Under the pieces are notes generated by a model, which was given only the letters and a program-made list of their open reading frames with translations, had not been told where the DNA came from and did not search any database. Positions 53,901 to 64,000 of a stretch of 64,000 nucleotides of DNA are shown here, in pieces. This DNA comes from Kudoa neothunni (taxonomy: Eukaryota; Animalia; Cnidaria), in NCBI GenBank assembly GCA_964304625.1, contig OZ199840.1:3733631-3797630 (forward strand), written 5' to 3'. How positions within the stretch are numbered: position 1 is the stretch's first letter; every line of letters begins with the position of its first letter. The position numbers and the translations under genes were made by a program.

Positions 53901-54335
53901 TGACTTTTCTCATACTCTTGAATATAAAATTTTAAACTTTCAAAAGTTTCAAATTTCATTCCAACATGAAAATTGTCTGAATTCGAATCACTCATTGTAG
54001 TTCAACCAAACTCGTGAAACACGTGGAGTTATGTTTACACTGCATGGCTCAAAGCAATAATTTAGAAATGATTAATATTTATAATTAATTCAACGTTAAT
54101 ATTATTTTAGTCTATTAAATTCGCTAACATTTATGTTTCTGGTCGTCTATTTTACATAAATTTACAACCATCTCAAATTTCTCTATTTTTCATAATTTAG
54201 TAGAGAAAAATATAAATAATAGTAATGTGAAATTAGTTATTTAATAGAGATAACAATTGCAGAGAGATTGATTCCCGTGGTAATAGCATGTGCCGAAGGT
54301 GGGGATTACACGGATCCGTGGTAATAGCCACTGCC
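50964..54335 (-). mobile_element. Autonomous-looking Mutator (MULE) transposon, 3372 bp
   Basis: About 140-bp near-identical TIRs (GG[T/C]AGTGGCTATTACCACGGATCCGTG...); perfect 9-bp TSD TAAAATTTA (50955-50963 and 54336-54344). Confidence 0.95.
51601..53995 (-). CDS. MULE transposase (FAR1-like Zn domain, DDE, SWIM), 5 exons, open frame
   Basis: CPFKVTLR..HNH; LMLDATYK; IITDK; ICIFHV; TNNRLE; CNC..LLPCSH; terminal exon VGRPKG..KKKN*. Four short GT-AG introns restore a continuous ORF. Confidence 0.88.
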
Positions 54336-54482
54336 TAAAATTTATACAGTGTATCATAAATAATGGTGATGCATTTAAACTTGCCTGTGTAGGTTATTTT
54401 TAATAAATTTGAGGTTAGAAATATATTTAATCATTAAACATTAGTTTTGTCGTATCCAACCGTTTATTTGTAAATATTGGAT

Positions 54483-54827
54483 CAGGGGTCGACGACCTAC
54501 GACCCTCCAGTTATTTTTATCCGACCCCCCACGCATTAACTTGCATAAAGATTTGTTCTTTGGTGTCTAAAATGCGTAAATTGTGTTTCCACTAGTTAAG
54601 TAAGAGTTGTTTACACCGCAAATGAAAATTATTAGTACATAATAATTTTTGGAGTAATTTTATAGTTAAAATGACTTTTATAAATTCTAATTTATATATT
54701 TGTATTCAATATTTGGATTAAGAATAATTTAACACTTTTGTAAATTAATTTTAATACGACTCACATTAAAGTTAGGGCATACTTGTTTGACCTGACACTC
54801 AAAAAGATTGCCGGTCCCTGGTCCCTG
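54483..54827 (+). mobile_element. hAT MITE
   Basis: CAGGGGTCGACGACCT / AGATTGCCGGTCCCTG(GTCCCTG); 8-bp TSD TATTGGAT vs TATTAGAT. Confidence 0.7.
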
Positions 54828-56333
54828 TATTAGATAAAGGGTGGGGTAACTCCGGTTCGCGGACGCAAGCGGCCCATGAGCCTTTTCGTTAAGAATCTCG
54901 GCAAAAGCTTTTTTACTCAATATCCATTATGTATATTATTCTTAATGCGTAAAATACATTATCTCAAGTTATGTCATTTATTTTATATGTAATGAATTAA
55001 TATAAAATAAAAATTTTCCCACCTCGAAATTAGGTTATATACCATTGGAAAATTATCTTGGAAATTAGTCGATGGAATTTTGTAATATTTCATAAATCAA
55101 TTATTTATAATTTTTCAAGTTAATACAGATACTTAAATTAGAGGAGTTTTCACCCCAAGTTAGTTAAAGGACGGATTTTTTTGCATGACTTGAAGTTATA
55201 GTTTACAAATATTTTTGACAGGTGGCGCATTTAATAACTATAAGAGGATAGCGTAAATTTAAATTTGTTATGAAAATTGTGTAAAATTTTAAGTCCAAAT
55301 TTACCCCCTCTGCTTGGGAAAAATCTAAATTTACTTTTAGATTTTGCTAAATTTAATTATTTCTATCCCAATTATTTGATCTTAGAGGCTAGACATAATT
55401 AAAAATAGTCAAAACTAATAACACCTAAATATTATTTACCCTGCAAATAGCCACTTTAAGTATTATTATTAGGCTGCGCCACTAAAAAATAAAGGAGCCT
55501 TATGAGAAAGAGACCGATTCCAATTATCCATGATATTTTAGAATTTTATTATTTCGTGAATAATAATTCCATCTACCGATAATCTTAAGATAAAAGGCCC
55601 CTTCGGTTTTTACAACCACAAATCTACTTTTTCACCTAGAAGATTACATGTGTTTGTCATTCACATATAATAAAATATCCATTAAAAACTTCCATTTGGC
55701 TGATTCTGTGGTTAGAATCCTTTTTATTATTATTTTACATTAAATGAAAATTATTTTGGAGAAAAATAAATGCTAAAGAAGTCTCTAATTCTTTAGGATT
55801 AATTATACGGGTAATGAGAATTTTGTTTAACATACCAACTAACGAGGATCATATGATATTTCTTGTTAATTAAAAACAAGACCTTAGATATTACATTAAT
55901 AAAGTTGACGATAAATATAGATTTTAACAGTTATTTATATTGAATTAAGAATTTTGTATGTAGGGAATACCTATTTAAATAATAATAATAAGCTGGTAAA
56001 TTCAACAAGGAAAAATTTGATGATTAAAACTCTAATCAACAATTTGTGAGAAATTTATTTTGAATGAATGACGGATCAACATAGTTAACCTAGCGACCAG
56101 ATATTTGTCGGATTATAGTTGTAAAAAACAGCTTAAGAAAAAAAGATAAATAACTTTTTTATATATAAGTTGACTTAAAGACAATTGAATAAATTTAAAA
56201 TACTAATTTAATTACTAAAGAAACGATTCAAAAAACATAATCCCTGATAATATGTACTCGCTTCGGTACATAAAAAAACCCAAAAATTTATTGACAAACA
56301 AGCTATAATCTACTAAGAACCAACTCCAAAACA

Positions 56334-57455
56334 ATGTTTGTAACTACTATAATGTCGGGAGTAATTGTATTTTTGAAACAGTTACACTGTTTATTCAAAT
56401 TAAATGTATGCATGTTTAGAATCAAAGAAGTTTCATGATTATCGGATATGGCATGATGTTGTTGGGAACAGTTTTGTTCATATTAGCTATGACATCACAA
56501 ACATTTCTAAAAGCGACAACCCAACATGTGATTTTTAACTTTTTCGAGTTGAACATGGGCATTCTTGCAGGATGCTATAAAACCACCCTCTCTTCATCAA
56601 TATGTTTACAGGAATTGGGATATTTGGTTCGAAGTTATTAACTTATTAATCATCTCTCTAATTACATTTGTTTCCACTATTTAATATAGGTACTTTTATT
56701 CAACCGCCACCAAAAGGAATGCCTGGTAGTCCTTGTTATTTGGGTTTTAGTAATGGCAATACATAGACAATGTGATTGCAATTGATGGTCCTGGATACAT
56801 GACCAATATGTTCAGTACAAAATCATTTATTTATCAATATAATGTATTTTATAGATTCAACTAATGTCGATATTTGTATGTGAGACAATTTTAGATGCTA
56901 ATATCATATTTTTTAGTATCTGAAACAGCTTCGTTGATATTTGTTAACATACCCTCTAATATATGTATGCTTTATTACTACACCATCAAGAACGAAAATA
57001 ATGAGAACCTATGCTAAAGGAAATTTTATTATTAATAATGCTTTTTTAGTTAAAGTTGCATCCCCTGAAAGCAGAAAAATTAAAGCGTTTAGTATAATTT
57101 CAGTGTGTACAACAATATTTTCATCGATACTTTTATTCTACTACCTTCGAAGAAGCGATATATATGGATACATATTATCAGGGACCTGTTTTCTTTCAAG
57201 TAATCATCAATTTTTCGTATTAAAATTAACTCATTTTGATAATAAAATACAGCCATCATATTATTCTCAATTGCATACGAATTGACAAGCTTTTTGAAAG
57301 GTGAATTTAGTGTAACCAGTCGTTACATTTTGGAGATGGGTCCATCCAATTCTTTTATGTGGTCCGGAGTTATGCTGCATTTCCTCGGAAACGTCCTTTG
57401 TCTCATTCCTACAACGATCTATTCGATCAAATTATTGCGACATAATAAATTTTAA
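56334..57455 (+). CDS. Claudin/PMP22-superfamily-like four-TM protein with a micro-exon-built first loop
   Basis: TM1 (IIGYGMMLLGTVLFILAM), loop motif MGILAGCY......IC resembling claudin GLWxxC..C, three further hydrophobic segments, and GPSNSFMWSGVMLHFLG before and within TM4. Eight exons splice in frame to TAA at 57453-57455. Confidence 0.65.
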
Positions 57456-59559
57456 TTATTGAACTTGGAGTTGTTTCTATCCGTTATTATACTAGAATTT
57501 ACTCATATTTCAACTATTTGCATTTTTAATTTTTTATGAAAACATTAGAATTTTAAATATCTGAATCTTTACAACAATATTCCTCAAACTACGCCGATAA
57601 AAAGATAAAAGAATACCCAATTCTTACTGGTATTCTACGAGGGCATATTACAAAATATCCATTCTGTTTATACACCATAATTTTCTCCATTTATCAAGTT
57701 TATGTGTCTATTATATTTTTTCCTTTGTCGTAGAACAACAGGAAAATTACGCATGTCTATACAATGAAACCTTGATGATCCAGAAAATTTGAGTCCAGTC
57801 ATTTTTTCGGGGAAGTGATAGTCCGATTAATCGAACATTTATAAACCGTTCATCTCAATAAAATCAAAATACAATTTAGAAAGACTTTTGAATAGCGCGA
57901 TTTCCGAATAATTTGGAGTTCACTGTAGTTAATGTAACTGCGCATGCCTCATTTACCAGAATATTGTCTTCGTGTAAATTATATTTTTTTTCTATTTCTA
58001 ATACTCGGTCAACTTTGTTTCTTGATACAAAAATTATTTTTTTAGTTTATAATTTTTTTTATAAATTTTGGTTTTGAAACAAAAATTTTAATTCACTATT
58101 TTCCTATTAATTGTCATGACGTTTTGATCATTTTTAATAAATGTGTTTTATTAAAATGATAATTGTGTTTAAAATATATTTAGAAAAATTGTGCACAAAC
58201 CAGTGAATACATATAATTATTTATTGCAAATATATTAGTAAATCCCCAATGATACGTGTGTTTCAATACTCTGTCTATTTTTGTTTCATAATATGAGCTA
58301 TATATAATTAAAGCAACAAATAAAATTTACAGCACATACAACAATTTTTTACGAAATGGCTATTGAGCATTTCAGTTTTCTTATTTTACTTCTTTTGTTT
58401 CATAAAAATGAGTTAATTATCCAACAAAATTTTATTTTTAGAATAATTAAATATGAATAGTGCGTTCAATGTCCAGATTACAGTTATCAATTCGTTGAGC
58501 GAACCTAAGTATTGACAATATGTTCAAGTTGTCATAACTAATTTTAATGCACAATATACTTTCTAAATAAAATTTTTCTAGGTAATTGTTTTATGATTAT
58601 TTTAATTTATGTATTAAATAATGAAAAATAGAAATATTTATGGTCTCAAGTCGTTATATATCGTGAAATTAAACAGTCTCAAGAAATAGACAAATAGTTT
58701 CTTTTCAATTTTTAGTCTAAAATTGAATACCAAGAAAACATAAGTCAGATATGAATCAGATTAAAGAAAGGTTTTTTCAGGCGCACACGTGCACAAACGA
58801 ACGCAAGAACGAGCATTTCCTGATTAAACACGTGTTGATCGTTTCCATGTCGTATCGCACGGCGAGATATTTTTTTTACTAAAACCCATTTTGGAATATA
58901 TCGTTATTCATAAAACAACAATACGTAATTTTAGACAAAATAAACTTAAACTAGATCAGTATATCTCGAGTCTCAGAGTTCAGTAAAAATTATATATACC
59001 GGGAGTAAACTACACGACACGAGCACCCATTTTCTGTTCCGCCAAAAGCTACTCCAAAAATTGTTCATGCCCACATGGGGTCATATGATCTAAGATTGTT
59101 AAATACTGCTCCAAGATTTGCCTTTGGTCCAATAACTAATCATCCCAATGACCTCTATGACAAAAAACTCTAGATTCATCAGTTTTAGTGATAATGGAGT
59201 GGTCCAAACCACACTAAACATGGGTCGGCAACCGATATGGCCGAAAGAGCCAATTATTGATGGCAGAAAAACATACATTTCAGAAACATCTAGGGAAAAT
59301 TATCGAATTTATCTATCTATGCGCTTTTCTATAATTAATTAACCCACTGTTTTAATTATTAGTCTTTTTAATGCTGAAGGGAATAATAAAAAAAATATAC
59401 ACTTGAATTTTACTGATTATTTCAAGTAATATTGTAATTTTGTTTTCAATAATTTCCATTATGAAACTTATAAATTCTACCATTTACCTCTATACAACAA
59501 GTATACGATAAAAAACCTATCTTCATGAATGTTATCGTAAAAAAAAAGTTTCCAACCGC

Positions 59560-60710
59560 ATAATTTAAATCCAGACCCATTAGTCGAGGTCGTTTCAGAT
59601 GGGCTACGGTTGTGGAAGTTCTATAAAAAAATCTTTCATGTATACCCCAAGTTTGCCTGGCTCATGGAGTCCATTTGACAATAGCATACTGGAAACTATT
59701 ATTGACGGTAATTTTTCTTATGAATTATTTTTCAAGTTTAAAACAAGGGAATTATTCTGGAGCTGTAGCGGAAATGAAAAATATCATTAACATTTTTAAG
59801 TACTTGGCAGTCCTACAAGAAAAATTAAATATGTGTAGAAAAAGTGAGAGTAAAAAACCAATGAGTCTCATAACCCATATTGAAACAAGGTGGAATAGCC
59901 TTCACAATACAGTGGATGGACTCCTTGAATTATACCCAAATGTAGCTAAAGTTCTGTCTGATGAAAATTCCCAAAGAAATTTCGTAATTTATGCACAGTT
60001 TATTAACGTTTTTTGATGTTTAAAAGAAACAACTCATTTCTTATCCATCTTCTTCAGATATCGTTCTTCTGGAGGATATCAAAGTGTCATTGGCACCGAT
60101 TGTTCTTTTGATAAATTGATTGTCGAAAGAAACAATCAACTACAAAGACGAAGACACAATTTTTGAGGATGTATTAAGAAAACTGTATGAAAATGCAGAA
60201 TCCTACCTCTCTCAGCTATTATATTATTCATTGTAGTAGAGAATTCAAGAACGTCGAAACATTGTTTTGGCAACAAGCATATGTTATTTAAATAGTGCGT
60301 ACAAATTTGGAGACAACACAAGACTTCCACATTGCAATAAAGAAGAGTGATACGACTTCTTTGAAAGGAAATACATTCGACTCTTAACAAAGTGGGTAAT
60401 TTAGAAGTTGAGGATATTTTCTTAGTCCTGTTACTGGGGAACACCAAGACATCCAATCATAGTTCAAAATTTTTTCTGAGCTCAAGACAAAGCTGAAAAG
60501 TTCCCAAAACTCCTATTTAAATGCCCTCAATATCTTTGAATACAAGGGTGTTTTGAACGAAAAACTGCGTCAAATTAAAAATGCGCTTGAAAGCATACAA
60601 CCCTCAAAGCGTTGTGTGAACGATCATTCTCTATATCTGGAAACTTCATAAGAAAAGAAGAAACAGACTTGGAGATGAAGTGATAGCCTCCCATATGATA
60701 TTATCATAAT
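59560..60710 (+). pseudogene. hAT transposase remnant
   Basis: THIETRWNSLH motif and a C-terminal dimerisation-domain relic (ALESIQPS..ERSFSISG..RLGDEVI); many stops and frameshifts. Boundaries approximate. Confidence 0.8.
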
Positions 60711-61779
60711 TTAAAATGTAGAATAGTGACCGTAATCTAAATCGGCGATAACGAAAGAGTTCGATAATGCTGAATACGTTATTTTGTTGTTTTTTAGTAT
60801 TTGATGCAACACGACCTCAGATTGAATATTCTATTTGTAATACATGTTAGTTGCTGTAATCTATTTTATATCTCATAGGCCCTCGCATTCGTTTTTACAG
60901 GCCATAACACTCAATCGCGTAAAACACCCTTTACGTATTCTAAAAGTTAGGTGTTACTGATGATTTGGACGCGTTATCATAATTTCAGGAATCTATAAAA
61001 ATAGGAACTGCATAATTTATAGACCATTAGGTGTTCAAATGTAGCAAAGGTTTAACGTTAAAACAACCCAAAAAATTATGGATTGAAACACAGACGTTCC
61101 TACCAGAAATTGTTTACGTACGTGTCACACGATTCTAATTTATAATTTTGGGATTAATGATCAGTCTATGATCTTTAGTTGTTAGATGCGGCCAGTATTC
61201 TGCAATTTTACCAAGCCCATAAAAATAATTAACTTTTTTTGCTGTAAAATAGGGTTTTTAGGCGTATCACGTTCACGCTTATTAAAAACTCTATTCCCAA
61301 CCAATTTTTCATCATTTACCACCCCCGGTTAGAAACCCCTGAACTAAATGATGGAACTAGAAAATTCTGTATTCCTTAATTAGAGTCGGTGATTGATAAT
61401 TATAAAATTATGAAGAAAGAAATGTATTTACTGATTAAAAAATGTTAGAGCATTATTAGAAGCTAAATGTATACATTTTTTGGTTTCATACCGATGGATT
61501 CTGCTCGACTATGAGAATTATCCAGAGATTACCTTTCAGAAGAGTCTTCAGCTTTAAAATATATTTAATTTTTATTAAATACAAATAATAAGTATTCCGT
61601 AACTATCAATTTAAATCAAATTCTAACTGTAATTATAGTTATTTTTTTAATATTTCCATTAATCTGAAAATTATCTTAACAGTAAGAATAGTCTCTGTCA
61701 ATTTATTAGTCAAAGTTGAGATCCGCAACATCATAGAAACGGGAAAACATTGCAAACAGCAGGCGGGAAAAAATAATAA

Positions 61780-63713
<1,934 letters not shown>

Positions 63714-64000
63714 CTAACAAGAAGTTGACGTTAACAGCAATAAAAATTTCGTTATATCATAAGCTAATGAAACTAGACTACTACAATTCGGACCATGAAA
63801 ATGATCACATTTATTAAGATTTGCATGTGTCAATGCTTTGAGTAACATATGGGATCCAATAATCCCTACATAATGTTGATTTAGTGGCGAATTCTATTCA
63901 ATACTGATTACTGACTAGAATATTAACTATAATGTACTTGAGGAAAAATTGAACAACTTTTAACAAATCTAACGCAATTAAGTGTTAAAGATAACTACTT

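Overview
A very AT-rich eukaryotic (animal) window with many tiny introns (mostly about 40-55 bp, GT-AG) and dense DNA-transposon debris. The highly diverged housekeeping genes, short introns and base composition suggest a reduced parasitic animal such as a myxozoan cnidarian; this is inference only. Recognisable genes are bystin (+), AP-1 gamma adaptin (+), vasa/DDX4 (-), RPL13 (+), a claudin/PMP22-like tetraspan gene (+) and the 3' part of MCM2 (-). A tandem trio of unidentified Cys-containing type-I membrane protein genes is also present. Mobile DNA includes an apparently intact intron-containing MULE with near-perfect TIRs and a 9-bp TSD, two non-autonomous MULEs, decayed Merlin, piggyBac and hAT transposases, several hAT and pogo MITEs, and a tRNA-derived SINE. 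Three observations stand out. (1) Cassettes of symmetric phase-1 micro-exons: 12-13 in a row build a WG/DW- and polyQ/N-rich Vasa N-terminus, and 4 in a row build the first extracellular loop of the claudin-like protein. (2) A 133-bp TG...CA solo-LTR-like insert carries a tRNA-Lys-like sequence, and its empty site is visible in a second MITE copy in this window. (3) The unidentified surface-protein family. All gene models were spliced by eye and lack RNA support.
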